Virus record (IMG/VR): IMGVR_UViG_3300045988_099307
DNA from: a virus
DNA: 31,813 nucleotides
Reading direction: 5' to 3' (one strand)
Positions 14,693 through 24,027 of the stretch are shown one piece after another. The notes under the pieces were generated by a model, which saw only the letters and a program-made list of their open reading frames with translations, was not told the DNA's origin and made no database searches. The translations under genes were made by a program, and so were the position numbers. Within the stretch, counting starts at the first letter, position 1; each line of letters starts with the position of its first letter.

Positions 14693-15400
14693 ATGACTTC
14701 GGCAAACGGAAACAGACAGCACAGGACAAGCTCGGCTCCGAGCGACAGCAAAAGAGCCGCTCGCGGAAAATGTAAGCGGCAATTTATTACCTTTATTATA
14801 TGTGTATTCCTCGTGGGAGGAATTGCAGGAGGGCTCATTGTCGGAGGGGTACAAGCCCTCGGCGGGAATGACGCAAAAGAGCAACCGCCCTACGGCACAC
14901 GTGACGGCAAAAGCGTAACAGAAAACGGCGAGCTTATGCTCATACAAGACGCGGCGGGTTTTACCCCTCTCGATTGCGAGCTTTCGGAGGAACTGCAAGA
15001 GTTTACATATTATATGTGCCGCGCCTATTATATCGACTTTGACTTTACTATGTCGCTTATGTTCTCCGAGTCCTCGTTTAATGCCGCTGCGGTAAGCCAG
15101 GACGGGCACGACTTCGGCTTAATGCAAATAAGGGACTGTAATAACGATTGGCTCAAAGAGGAGCTCGGCGTTACCGATATGCTCAACCCTTACGAGAATA
15201 TCCGAGCGGGTTTGTATATCCTCCGCGGGCTTTTTGAAAAGTACAACGACAGCTCAAAGGTTGTTATGGCGTACAAAATGGGCGAATATGGAGCCTCGGT
15301 GCTTTGGGACAAAGGCGTATACGAAACGACCGCCTCGCAGCGGGTGCTCGCCCAGGCGGACAAATTTGCCGTAGAGAGGAACGGCAGCAATGAACAATAA
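14693..15400 (+). CDS. Membrane-anchored lytic transglycosylase (SLT domain)
   Basis: N-terminal TM helix (FITFIICVFLVGGIAGGLIVGGV). SLT catalytic motifs FSESSFNAAAVS...GLMQI...YENIRAGLYIL. AGGAGG RBS. Confidence 0.8.
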   Translation: MTSANGNRQHRTSSAPSDSKRAARGKCKRQFITFIICVFLVGGIAGGLIVGGVQALGGNDAKEQPPYGTRDGKSVTENGELMLIQDAAGFTPLDCELSEELQEFTYYMCRAYYIDFDFTMSLMFSESSFNAAAVSQDGHDFGLMQIRDCNNDWLKEELGVTDMLNPYENIRAGLYILRGLFEKYNDSSKVVMAYKMGEYGASVLWDKGVYETTASQRVLAQADKFAVERNGSNEQ

Positions 15401-15842
15401 AATAATTCAGTCAATTCATCACGAGCACGGCGAAAATATCCTTAATGGCATAAAACGCTATGAAATAAGAAAGACCGCCCCCAAAAGCGGAAATTTCCCC
15501 TACATTATATACCTATATGAAACGCGACACCCATACAAAGGCTCGGGAGGAGTATTGTTTCCTGGCGAGGGAGCGGTTATCGGCTTTTATGTGTGCAAAG
15601 CGATTATAAAAACGAACGCTTTCGGCGCAGCCCTCTACAAAAGCAACACGCCCGAGGAGGCAGCAGCGAGAAATCGGATAGCATACACGGCGTGTTTAAC
15701 CGAAAAGCAGCTTGTAGAGTACGCGGGCGGCAAAGACATTTCCGTTTATGTAGTGAGCAATCCTGTACGCTTTCCGAAACCTCGCCCGCTCTCGGACTTC
15801 GGCTTAACACGCGCTCCGCAGAGTTGGCAATATTTGAAGTAA
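15390..15842 (+). CDS. ASCH (PUA-like) domain protein
   Basis: IIQSIHHEHGENILNGIKRYEIRK is a typical ASCH N-terminus. Confidence 0.6.
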   Translation: MNNKIIQSIHHEHGENILNGIKRYEIRKTAPKSGNFPYIIYLYETRHPYKGSGGVLFPGEGAVIGFYVCKAIIKTNAFGAALYKSNTPEEAAARNRIAYTACLTEKQLVEYAGGKDISVYVVSNPVRFPKPRPLSDFGLTRAPQSWQYLK

Positions 15843-15848
15843 ATAAAA

Positions 15849-15881
15849 AGGGCTTATCAAGCCGCAAACTTGATAAGCCCT
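15849..15881. terminator. 13-bp perfect hairpin at the end of the early operon
   Basis: agggcttatcaag-ccgcaaa-cttgataagccct. An A-run precedes it on the + strand, so the U-run lies on the minus-strand reading. The strand on which it functions is unclear. Confidence 0.5.
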
Positions 15882-16080
15882 GTAGCGCCTTTGTGCTACC
15901 GATTAACTACATATATAAGTATAGCACAACGGCAGCGAAAAGTCAATAGTTAAGCACGGAGCGAACGGCTCTATTTCGGGCTCGTAATGGATAATAACTT
16001 AACGACCAAACAGAGCACACGGCACCCCGAGGAAATAAAACCCGTCCTCCCTCAAAAAAATAAATATTCTTTTTGTGAGT

Positions 16081-16250
16081 GTGGAGAGAGGCGGAGGAGT
16101 GAGGGGGTGCTCGCAGCGTTGTTGAAAGAGTGTGTAAACTCGTAGAGTTTTCCACGCTTTCAATAATGCGGAGAGTAGGGGGAGAGAGGAGGTGCCTCTC
16201 TCTTTAAGGCGGGCTCCGTCCCGCCGCTCTCTTGCTCCTCTCTCCCCCTT
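16081..16250. promoter_or_regulatory. Candidate replication origin: polypurine tracts and a nested hairpin
   Basis: A 15-bp perfect stem, agggggagagaggag (16177-16191) paired with ctcctctctccccct (16235-16249), encloses the inner hairpin ggcggg-ctccgt-cccgcc (16208-16225). A related purine tract ggagagaggcggaggagtgaggggg lies at 16083-16107. The region sits within a gene-free stretch of about 530 bp upstream of the Rep. Confidence 0.45.
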
Positions 16251-16414
16251 TATTGGCTTTGAAATGCAATTACCTTTTGAGGTTAGCGCAATTTTGTTAA
16301 TTCAAAGGTCGTCAGCGGCAAATGCTCGCTCGACAAATTCCCTTATGGAAAACTAAAGCGTTAAACCTCGGGGCTTGGGGCAGAGCCCCAAAAGGAAACA
16401 ACGGAGGTAAAACT

Positions 16415-17185
16415 ATGCGCTGTCTATACAGAGAAAAAATACATAAATGCGGCGAGTTTTTGGAAGTCGATATTTTCCCCGTTTTTGAATATCAGCGCGG
16501 GCGCAGCAAGAAAAGAAAACCGACAACGGAAACACAGCAGCGGCTAAACCAACGTAACGCCGAAAGAAAGCTCACGCGCCTACTGAACACGAATTTTACA
16601 AAGCACGATATACGCTTTGATTTAACATATAGCGACGAGAATTACCCTGAAACGCCCGAGAACGCACAACGGCAAATGCAAAATTTCCTCCGTCGCGTTA
16701 AGCGTTACCGCGCAAAGCATAATTTGCCCGAGCTTAAATACGTTGCCGTTACCGAGGTGGGAAAAGAAAACGGGCGACTGCACCACCATATCGTTATGAG
16801 CGGCGGCGTTGATATAAACACCCTTGCGGAAATATGGGGCAAAGGCTATACGACGGCAAAGCCGTTACAGTTTGACGAGTTCGGTATAACGGGCATTGCG
16901 GTATATCTCGTAAAAAGCCCGATACTCGGCAAGCGTTGGAGCGCGAGCCGCAACCTCGAGCAGCCGAAAACGTCCGAACGCGACGGCAGAATACCGCAGT
17001 ACAAAATACGCGAGTTTGGAAACAGCGGCAACGACAACCGCGCAGAGCTTGAGCGTCTTTATGAGGGCTACGCCCTGGCAGACTGCAAGCCGTATTACAA
17101 CGAAATCAACGGCGGCTATTATATAACCGTCCGTATGTATAAAAAGCCCGCTCCGAAACGGAGCAGAAAGCGAGGGAAACTATGA
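16415..17185 (+). CDS. HUH-superfamily rolling-circle replication initiator (Rep)-like protein
   Basis: The start at 16415 follows ACGGAGG. Motif I-like RFDLTYSDENYP, HUH motif GRLHHHIVMSG, motif III-like GIAVYLVKSP (Y..K). Confidence 0.6.
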   Translation: MRCLYREKIHKCGEFLEVDIFPVFEYQRGRSKKRKPTTETQQRLNQRNAERKLTRLLNTNFTKHDIRFDLTYSDENYPETPENAQRQMQNFLRRVKRYRAKHNLPELKYVAVTEVGKENGRLHHHIVMSGGVDINTLAEIWGKGYTTAKPLQFDEFGITGIAVYLVKSPILGKRWSASRNLEQPKTSERDGRIPQYKIREFGNSGNDNRAELERLYEGYALADCKPYYNEINGGYYITVRMYKKPAPKRSRKRGKL

Positions 17186-17349
17186 CGCAAAAACGAGAGG
17201 AGAAAAAGAAAATGTCAATGTATATCTTTCCCGCCGTCCTTATAGCGCTTGACGTGGGAGCGGCTGTTATGTGCTTTATCGGCAAGGACTACAAAAAGGG
17301 CGTATACTGGCTCGCTGCGGCGGTGCTGAATATATGCGTAACTTTTTAA
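17182..17349 (+). CDS. Small membrane protein (two hydrophobic segments)
   Basis: ATGA overlap with the Rep stop. Sequence ...MYIFPAVLIALDVGAAVMCFIGKDYKKGVYWLAAAVLNICVTF. Alternative starts at 17212 and 17218. Confidence 0.4.
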   Translation: MTQKREEKKKMSMYIFPAVLIALDVGAAVMCFIGKDYKKGVYWLAAAVLNICVTF

Positions 17350-17362
17350 CGGAGGTAAAACT

Positions 17363-17803
17363 ATGAATTACTTTAAGGCAGCGGAGCAAGTGCTCTCCTC
17401 TGTCCCTACTCTCGAGCGGGCATTGGAGAATTTACAGCATAGGCGCGATAGGCTGATAGAAAGCGGAGCTCCTCGGGAGCCTGGCGCGATTGATTACAGC
17501 AAGCCGTTTACGGACTCGCATTACGTAAGCGACACTCTTAACGAGCTTTTGGAGCTTTCCGAGTGCTCGCGCAATATTGCGGAAACGCAGCGCAAGCTCG
17601 CAGAAATTAAAGGCATTATCGACCAACTGAAAGACGAGTACAAAAAACTCGTCATTTTGTGGTATCTCGAAAAAAAGCCGAAAGAGACAGTTATGGAGGA
17701 GTTATACATACAGTCGTTAAGCACCGTTTATGACCTCCGTAACCGCGCCGTAGCGGAGTTTGCCCTGCTTTACTTCGGCGGCTCTGCCCTGGGCTCAATT
17801 TAG
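17363..17803 (+). CDS. Sigma-70 region-4-like / ArpU-RinA-type late transcriptional regulator
   Basis: 146 aa with a C-terminal LVILWYLEKKPKETVMEELYIQSLSTVYDLRNRAVAEFA helix-turn-helix. Located immediately upstream of the packaging genes. Confidence 0.55.
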   Translation: MNYFKAAEQVLSSVPTLERALENLQHRRDRLIESGAPREPGAIDYSKPFTDSHYVSDTLNELLELSECSRNIAETQRKLAEIKGIIDQLKDEYKKLVILWYLEKKPKETVMEELYIQSLSTVYDLRNRAVAEFALLYFGGSALGSI

Positions 17804-17962
17804 GCAATCGAAATAAAACCGTATAGAAACTTGCTTTAAGCCGTGCTAAACTGATACCGTAGAAATAGACGGTAAGGCGGGCGGCTTATAGCTGCTCGCT
17901 TTGTCGTTATATCGGGAGCAAATATAACTCACTATACGGCGGAGAGGGCGGGACGCTGTTAT

Positions 17963-18268
17963 ATGCAAGATTTCGCAAAGGCGTTTTATTTAAGCAAAGC
18001 CTGGCGCGATACCAGGGAATATATATACAAGCGCGATATGGGCTTATGCGTTCGCTGCGGTAAGGCGGGCGCAATAGTCCACCACAAAATATATTTAACG
18101 CCACAGAATATAAACAATCCCGCTATCACACTATCGGAGGATAACCTCGAGTTGCTATGCCGTGAATGTCACGCCATAGAACACGAGGGACAGCTACCGA
18201 CAGCAAGCGGGCTTATGTTTGACTCCGAGGGAAACCTCGTAGAAAAGGAGGGTAAGTATGGGAGCTGA
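17963..18268 (+). CDS. HNH endonuclease (packaging-associated)
   Basis: CVRCGKAGAIVHHKIYL...NLELLCRECHAIEH matches an HNH/zinc motif. The position upstream of the terminase genes is typical of HK97-like cos phages. Confidence 0.85.
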   Translation: MQDFAKAFYLSKAWRDTREYIYKRDMGLCVRCGKAGAIVHHKIYLTPQNINNPAITLSEDNLELLCRECHAIEHEGQLPTASGLMFDSEGNLVEKEGKYGS

Positions 18269-18509
18269 TGTATGCGAGCTCGTAGTATATACGCAGAACG
18301 GAGCAGTTACGTTCCAGGTCAAGGCTACGGCTGATAACTTCGAGGACAGAGTAGCCGAGGCGCTCGAGGAGGGCACCGTTATTCTCGAGCTTGTGGACGG
18401 CGGGAAAATTATTCTCTGCGCGATTAACGTTGTAGCAATCGAGGTACACGCAGCGGCAGAGGGCAGCAATTCCTCTGTAAAAAATTTCGCTGCTACACCC
18501 CCCACTTAA
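18258..18509 (+). CDS. Hypothetical protein
   Basis: AAGGAGG RBS; 83 aa; no motif recognised. Confidence 0.5.
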   Translation: MGADVCELVVYTQNGAVTFQVKATADNFEDRVAEALEEGTVILELVDGGKIILCAINVVAIEVHAAAEGSNSSVKNFAATPPT

Positions 18510-18614
18510 AAAAAGCTATATGCCTTTTAATGAACCGTGTTTAAGCCCCTTTTATGACCGCCCCAGGCGTGTATAACCCCCCTACCCTTACAGACGAAAG
18601 AAAGGAGAAACAGC

Positions 18615-18983
18615 GTGGACGATACATTATATGCGCGACAGAAAAAAGAGCAGAACAGAATTAAGAAATTGTATAAAAATCTGCCGAAAGATAAGCTCGA
18701 AATTGCAAAAAAACTAATGGAAAGAGCCGCCTATATGCTCGTTTCTCTCGAGGATATGGAGGAAAAAATCAACGAGGACGGGCTCGTAGTTAAAATGCCG
18801 CAGGGCTCCTACACTATCGAGCGGGCGCACCCGTTATTACAGCCGTATAACGCTATGGTTAAGAACTACAACGCCACCTTAAAACAGCTCAACGACCTAC
18901 TGCCGAACGCAGACGCAGAGGCAGCGGGACAGGCGCTTATGATGTTTGCAACCAAACCGAGCAGGGCGGCAAAATCGGGTTGA
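18615..18983 (+). CDS. terS: Terminase small subunit (P27-like)
   Basis: GTG start after AAAGGAG. Lies between HNH and TerL. The C-terminal half resembles P27-family TerS. Confidence 0.6.
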   Translation: MDDTLYARQKKEQNRIKKLYKNLPKDKLEIAKKLMERAAYMLVSLEDMEEKINEDGLVVKMPQGSYTIERAHPLLQPYNAMVKNYNATLKQLNDLLPNADAEAAGQALMMFATKPSRAAKSG

Positions 18984-20632
18984 ATTGGGTAAAAGAATAC
19001 TACCGCCGCATAGAGTGCGGCGACATAGTAACGAGTAAGCGGGTTAGAGCTGTTTACTCGCGGCTCGTTGCCGAAATGGACGCAGCTAACGACGACTCGC
19101 CGTATTATTTCGACGAGGAAACGGGCGAGCGTCCTATTTTGTTTATCGAAACATTTTGTAAGCAGTCCCAGGGCACCATAGGCGCGCCTCTTGAGCTTGA
19201 GCTATTCCAAAAAGCATATATACAACTGCTTTTCGGTTGGCTCGAAAAAGAAACGGGCTACCGCCGTTTCCGCGAAACAATGTTTTTGTGCGGACGCAAA
19301 AACGGCAAGTCTACTTTGCTTTCGGGCATTGCCCTTTATATGCTCATTGCAGATTATGAGGGCGCGGCGGAGATATACTCCGTTGCGACAAAGAAAGACC
19401 AGGCAAAAAAGGTATTGACCGAGGCTGTCAATATGGTTAAGCAGTCGCCCGAGCTGCGGGCGGTTGTCAAAAAGCGCAGAAATGATATTTATTTTCCCGC
19501 GACCTCCTCTATCTTTGAGGCGCTCGCGTCGGACTCCAACACCCTGGACGGCTTAAACTCTCACGCCGTTATAATCGACGAGCTGCACGCAATCCGCGAC
19601 CGCAATTTGTACGAGGTTATGAAACAGTCTACCTCGTCGCGCCGTCAGCCTCTCGTTGTTATGATAACGACCGCGGGCACCGTGCGCGAGTGCATTTTCG
19701 ACAATATGTACGAGCTTGCCGCAGACCTTGCGGACGGTAAGAAAAAAGACGACACCTTTTTGCCGATACTCTACGAGCTCGACAGCCGCGACGAGTGGAC
19801 TAATCCGCAAATGTGGATTAAAGCTAATCCAGGGCTCGGGAAAATCAAGCAGTATAAAACGCTCGCTAACTTTGTTGAGAGGGCGAAAAACTCGCCCGCA
19901 GACTTACCAGGCGTTCTATGCAAGGATTTTAACATACGCGAAAATGAAAGCGCCGTATGGCTTTCCTTTGAGCAGATTAAAAACGCGGCGACGTTTGCTA
20001 TTGACGACGTTTACAATACCTACGCTATCGGCGGTTGTGACCTCTCGGCTACAACCGACCTTACAGCGGCAACGCTGCTTATACGCAAGCCGAACGACAA
20101 AACGGTTTACGTTTTGCAGCAGTATTTTTTACCGCAAGCCCGCGTTGAGCACCTCGAGGAGAAAAACACAAACGAGGCACCCTATCGGATATGGGCGGAG
20201 CGGGGCTTGCTTACGATATGCGAGGGCAGCCGCGTAAACTTCTCCGACGTAACGGCGTGGTTTGTGCAAATGCGCGACGAGCATAAAATAGACGCTTTCA
20301 AGGTCGGCTATGACCGCGCGCTCGCGGGCTACTGGGTGGAGGAAATGAAAAGCAACGGCTTTACTATGGAGCCCGTAGCTCAAGGCGCTTTCACTTGGAG
20401 CCAACCTATGCGCGAAATGGGAGCGGCTCTTACCGACAAAATAGTTAATTACAACAATAACCCTATTTTGCTTTGGTGCCTATCAAATACCGCCGTTAAG
20501 AAAAGCGGCTTAAACAATATCCAACCCGTTAAGATAACCGATAAACGCCGCATAGACGGCGCGGTATCGCTGCTTAACGCGTGGGTTATCTACGTCAAAT
20601 ACTTTGACGACTATATGTATAACGTGGGGTGA
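18980..20632 (+). CDS. terL: Terminase large subunit
   Basis: 550 aa. Walker A-like CGRKNGKST, IIDELH (Walker B), and a nuclease-domain pattern. The TTG start overlaps the terS stop. Confidence 0.9.
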   Translation: MNWVKEYYRRIECGDIVTSKRVRAVYSRLVAEMDAANDDSPYYFDEETGERPILFIETFCKQSQGTIGAPLELELFQKAYIQLLFGWLEKETGYRRFRETMFLCGRKNGKSTLLSGIALYMLIADYEGAAEIYSVATKKDQAKKVLTEAVNMVKQSPELRAVVKKRRNDIYFPATSSIFEALASDSNTLDGLNSHAVIIDELHAIRDRNLYEVMKQSTSSRRQPLVVMITTAGTVRECIFDNMYELAADLADGKKKDDTFLPILYELDSRDEWTNPQMWIKANPGLGKIKQYKTLANFVERAKNSPADLPGVLCKDFNIRENESAVWLSFEQIKNAATFAIDDVYNTYAIGGCDLSATTDLTAATLLIRKPNDKTVYVLQQYFLPQARVEHLEEKNTNEAPYRIWAERGLLTICEGSRVNFSDVTAWFVQMRDEHKIDAFKVGYDRALAGYWVEEMKSNGFTMEPVAQGAFTWSQPMREMGAALTDKIVNYNNNPILLWCLSNTAVKKSGLNNIQPVKITDKRRIDGAVSLLNAWVIYVKYFDDYMYNVG

Positions 20633-20636
20633 CACA

Positions 20637-21938
20637 ATGAAAGAAAGACGAGGGCTTTTTGAGGCTATATTCGGGAAAAAGCCGCAGAAAACAGACGGCT
20701 ACACCGAGTACAAGCTCTTAAATTCCTATCAATCAAATTTTGTACCATTCTCGGGCAATGCCTGGGAGGTTAATATGGTGCGAGCTGCCGTCCATTCTTT
20801 CGCACGCCGCGCGGCGACGGTACAGCCGCGGCACATTAGACGCGGCGACGGAAAGGTGCTTGACGTAGAGAGCAGCACATACAACAACATTTTACAGTTT
20901 AAGCCTAACCCGACGACAACGGCTTATAAATTCTATTACCGCCTGGCGGCGCAGTACAAGCTATATAACAACGCGTTTGCATATCCCGTATGGAATGAGG
21001 CGACGGGCAGACTCGAGGCAATTTATAATATCAACGCCCAGGAGATTACCTTACTCGACCACGAGGGCGAGCTGTTTTGTAAATTCCGCTTTAATAACGG
21101 GAAATCGTACATTTTCCCGTATGCGGACTTGGTGCATATCGGCTCAATGTTTGCAGATAACGACGTTTTCGGCTCCGATAACGGAGCGCTTATGCCCGTT
21201 TTGAAAACGGCAAACACCTTTAACCAAAGTATGAGCAAGTTTGCCGAACTCGTAGCGGTTGTGCGCGGCATTTTGAAAGTGCAAGCCTCCACAAAAAACG
21301 AGGACTTAAACCGCCGCCGCGACGATTTTATACGGGACAACCTCAAAATGGAAAGCAACGGAGCGGGCGTTATCGTTACGGATAATAAGTACGATTACAC
21401 CCCGATTACCGACAAACAAACGCCGTTACCTACGGGACAGTTGCAGTATATCAAAGACGAGATATACGACTACCTCGGCACAAATGACGCTATCGTGCAA
21501 AACAAAGCCACACCCGAGCAAGAGGAGGACTTTTACGACGGCGAAATCAAGCCATTTTACGTACAGCTCGCCCAGGCGCTCACAAACTGCATTTTTTCCA
21601 AAAAGGAGCGCGGCTACGGCAACGAAATAACCGTAGAGGGTAACAAGCTGCAATTTGCAAGAACGAGCGACAAACTCGCCGTTGTAAAATACTTGTCCGA
21701 TATTGGCGGCTTAATGCTCGACCAGGCATTAACAACGCTCGGCTATCCGCCTATCGGCGGCGAGGAGGGCAAGCGCCGCGTACAGACGCTTAACGTCGTA
21801 AACGCAAACAAAGCCGACGAGTACCAGTTAGGCACCGACGCAAAGAAAGAGGAGCCGCCCGAGGACGGCAACGACAACGGAGAGGGCACCGCACCTACTG
21901 CGGCACCCGACGACAAGAAAGACGAGGAGGAAACATAA
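20637..21938 (+). CDS. Portal protein (HK97-type)
   Basis: 433 aa. Follows TerL and has an acidic C-terminal tail. The ATG at 20637 is preferred over the track start at 20604, which lies inside terL. Confidence 0.85.
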   Translation: MKERRGLFEAIFGKKPQKTDGYTEYKLLNSYQSNFVPFSGNAWEVNMVRAAVHSFARRAATVQPRHIRRGDGKVLDVESSTYNNILQFKPNPTTTAYKFYYRLAAQYKLYNNAFAYPVWNEATGRLEAIYNINAQEITLLDHEGELFCKFRFNNGKSYIFPYADLVHIGSMFADNDVFGSDNGALMPVLKTANTFNQSMSKFAELVAVVRGILKVQASTKNEDLNRRRDDFIRDNLKMESNGAGVIVTDNKYDYTPITDKQTPLPTGQLQYIKDEIYDYLGTNDAIVQNKATPEQEEDFYDGEIKPFYVQLAQALTNCIFSKKERGYGNEITVEGNKLQFARTSDKLAVVKYLSDIGGLMLDQALTTLGYPPIGGEEGKRRVQTLNVVNANKADEYQLGTDAKKEEPPEDGNDNGEGTAPTAAPDDKKDEEET

Positions 21939-22543
21939 TGCCATATAAACCGAACGAGCGGGAATACAGAGCGGCGGAGCCGTTTACACTTCCCGACGAA
22001 AACAACGCCGACGAGCTCGTGCTCCGAGGTACGCCTATTGTCTTTGATACCCCTACCGTGCTTTTTGAGGCGGACGGTATCGAGTATAAAGAAGTTATCG
22101 CCCGCGGCGCGCTTGACAGCTGCGATATGAGCGATTTTATCTTTAACCGAAATCACGGGCAGAACGACTCTACCGTATACGCCCGCACCCGTAATAATTC
22201 CCTCACTTACAACATCACGGAGCGAGGGCTCGATATTGCGGCTTTCCTCGACAAAGAGGACGAGCGGCACCGCAATTTACACCGAGATATTCAAAAACGC
22301 CGCGTTGACAAAATGAGTTTTTCGTTCGTTGTGCGTGAGTGCAGCTATGACCGCGAAACACACACTCGGACGATAACTAAAATTAAAAAGCTGTACGACG
22401 TTTCGGCGGTGGATTTTGCCGCATACAACGAAACGAGCATTACTACGGCAAGGGACTTTTTCTCCGCGGAGCACGAGAAAGAGTTTAAGGAGCAGGAGCA
22501 GCGCCGCCGCCGTCAAATGCTGACAGCAAAAACCTACTGTTAA
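21938..22543 (+). CDS. Prohead maturation protease (HK97 family, S78/U35)
   Basis: Lies between the portal and capsid genes. LRGTPIVFDTPT...FNRNHG...KMSFSF pattern. Confidence 0.85.
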   Translation: MPYKPNEREYRAAEPFTLPDENNADELVLRGTPIVFDTPTVLFEADGIEYKEVIARGALDSCDMSDFIFNRNHGQNDSTVYARTRNNSLTYNITERGLDIAAFLDKEDERHRNLHRDIQKRRVDKMSFSFVVRECSYDRETHTRTITKIKKLYDVSAVDFAAYNETSITTARDFFSAEHEKEFKEQEQRRRRQMLTAKTYC

Positions 22544-22568
22544 AAAATCAAAAAAGGAGTAAATCACT

Positions 22569-23711
22569 ATGAAAGAACTTATTAAGAGAATGGCAGAAAT
22601 CCGCAGCCGCAAGGTAGAACTGCGCGGCGTACTGGAAACCGACGCAAAAGCAGACCTCGACGCTATCGAAAAGGAGCTCCGCGAGCTTGACGAGGAATAT
22701 ACCAACCTCGAAAAGAGAAAAGCGGTTATCGAGGGTATCGGAGCGGGCACCGTTCCCGTAAATGAAGTGCCTAACCCTATCAACAATCGCTCTGCGGACA
22801 ACTTCGACCAGGACAAGGAGTATCGCTCCGCCTGGCTCAAGCACGTTAGAGGGCTTGACCTTACCGAAAACGAACAGCGAGCACTCACTACTGGTACCTC
22901 CTCCGCGGGCGCGGTTATTCCGACCGTGACGCAGAATAAAATCATTGAAAAGGTCAACCAGTATTGCCCACTGCTCGACAAAATCGACCTTTTGCGCGTC
23001 CCTGGCGGCGTAAAGGTGCCCGCAGAGGGAACTACCGCAGACGCGGCGGTACATACCGAGGGCGCAACCATTACCGCAGACGGCGACACTCTCTCGAGCG
23101 TTACGCTTTCTGCCTACGAGGTTACAAAGCTCGTTACTATTTCAAAGTCCGTTGAAAAAATGGCGATTGACGCTTTCGAGTCCTGGCTCGTTAATAAGAT
23201 TGCCCGTAAGATTGCCGAAAAAATCGGTAAGCTGATTATTTTCGGCACGGGTACCAACGAGGCGCAGGGTATCAACGCCATTACCTGGGGCGCTACAAAC
23301 TCCGTAACGGTTGGAAAAACCGCCTCTCTTTCCGCCGCAAACGTGCAGGGCGCCGTTGCGCTGCTTAACGGCGGTTATGATAACGGTGCGGAGTGGCTTA
23401 TGTCGAAATCGACTTTCTTTACCGACTTCCACCCGCTTATGAACAACTCAAAGGACAATATCGTTACCGAGGACAACGGCGTTTACCGCGTTATGGGCTA
23501 CCCCGTAAACTTCGACGACCGTATGACCGCGCACGAGGCTATCCTCGGCAACCTTTACAGAGGCTACCTCGGCAATATGCCCGAGGACGTTACGATTACC
23601 TCGCAGTTTGTAACCCGCGAGAACGCCTACGACTTCCTCGGCTGCGCTATGTTCGACGGCAAGGTGCAGGCGACCGAGGCTTTCGTTAAAATCGTAAAGG
23701 CTACGGCTTAA
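22569..23711 (+). CDS. Major capsid protein (HK97 fold) with an N-terminal delta/scaffold coiled coil
   Basis: 380 aa. N-terminal KELIKRMAEIRSRKVELRGVLE... coiled coil, followed by a typical HK97-like core. Confidence 0.9.
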   Translation: MKELIKRMAEIRSRKVELRGVLETDAKADLDAIEKELRELDEEYTNLEKRKAVIEGIGAGTVPVNEVPNPINNRSADNFDQDKEYRSAWLKHVRGLDLTENEQRALTTGTSSAGAVIPTVTQNKIIEKVNQYCPLLDKIDLLRVPGGVKVPAEGTTADAAVHTEGATITADGDTLSSVTLSAYEVTKLVTISKSVEKMAIDAFESWLVNKIARKIAEKIGKLIIFGTGTNEAQGINAITWGATNSVTVGKTASLSAANVQGAVALLNGGYDNGAEWLMSKSTFFTDFHPLMNNSKDNIVTEDNGVYRVMGYPVNFDDRMTAHEAILGNLYRGYLGNMPEDVTITSQFVTRENAYDFLGCAMFDGKVQATEAFVKIVKATA

Positions 23712-23725
23712 CGGAGGGCTGAATA

Positions 23726-24025
23726 ATGGCGGATATTTCAATGCAGTACGTAGCGGGTATTCGCCAGTATCTACGCATTAACCATACACGTTTTGACGCG
23801 GAAATTACCGACCTAATAGGAGCGGCAAGAGCCGACCTCCTATTAGGCGGTATCTCCGAAAAGAAAGTAAACGACGAAAGCGACGCACTTATAAAGCGGG
23901 CTATCGTCGTTTATGTCAAAGCGGAGTTTGGACTCGATAACGCAGACGGCGACAAGTACCGCGAGAGCTACGGTATGCTCAAGCGGCATTTAATGCTTTC
24001 GAGTGAATATACCGAGGAGGCGTAG
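23726..24025 (+). CDS. Head-tail connector (gp6-like)
   Basis: 99 aa; IRQYLRINHTRFDAEITDLIGAARADL pattern; located after the MCP. Confidence 0.75.
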   Translation: MADISMQYVAGIRQYLRINHTRFDAEITDLIGAARADLLLGGISEKKVNDESDALIKRAIVVYVKAEFGLDNADGDKYRESYGMLKRHLMLSSEYTEEA

Positions 24026-24027
24026 TT

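Noticed and set aside
14540-15109. Minus-strand 189-aa ORF opposite the SLT gene
   Set aside because: It is antisense to a gene with clear SLT catalytic motifs, and it has no RBS.
19716-20237. 173-aa alternative-frame ORF inside terL (also 19191-19418)
   Set aside because: It is embedded in the terminase large subunit frame and has a basic, low-complexity translation.
22277-23089. Minus-strand ORFs of 270 aa and 168 aa opposite the protease and capsid genes. Similar antisense ORFs occur at 24786-25328, 25325-25729, 26423-27144 and 27439-27963.
   Set aside because: All are antisense to high-confidence structural genes. Their low-complexity Ser/Ile-rich translations mirror the sense-strand repeats.
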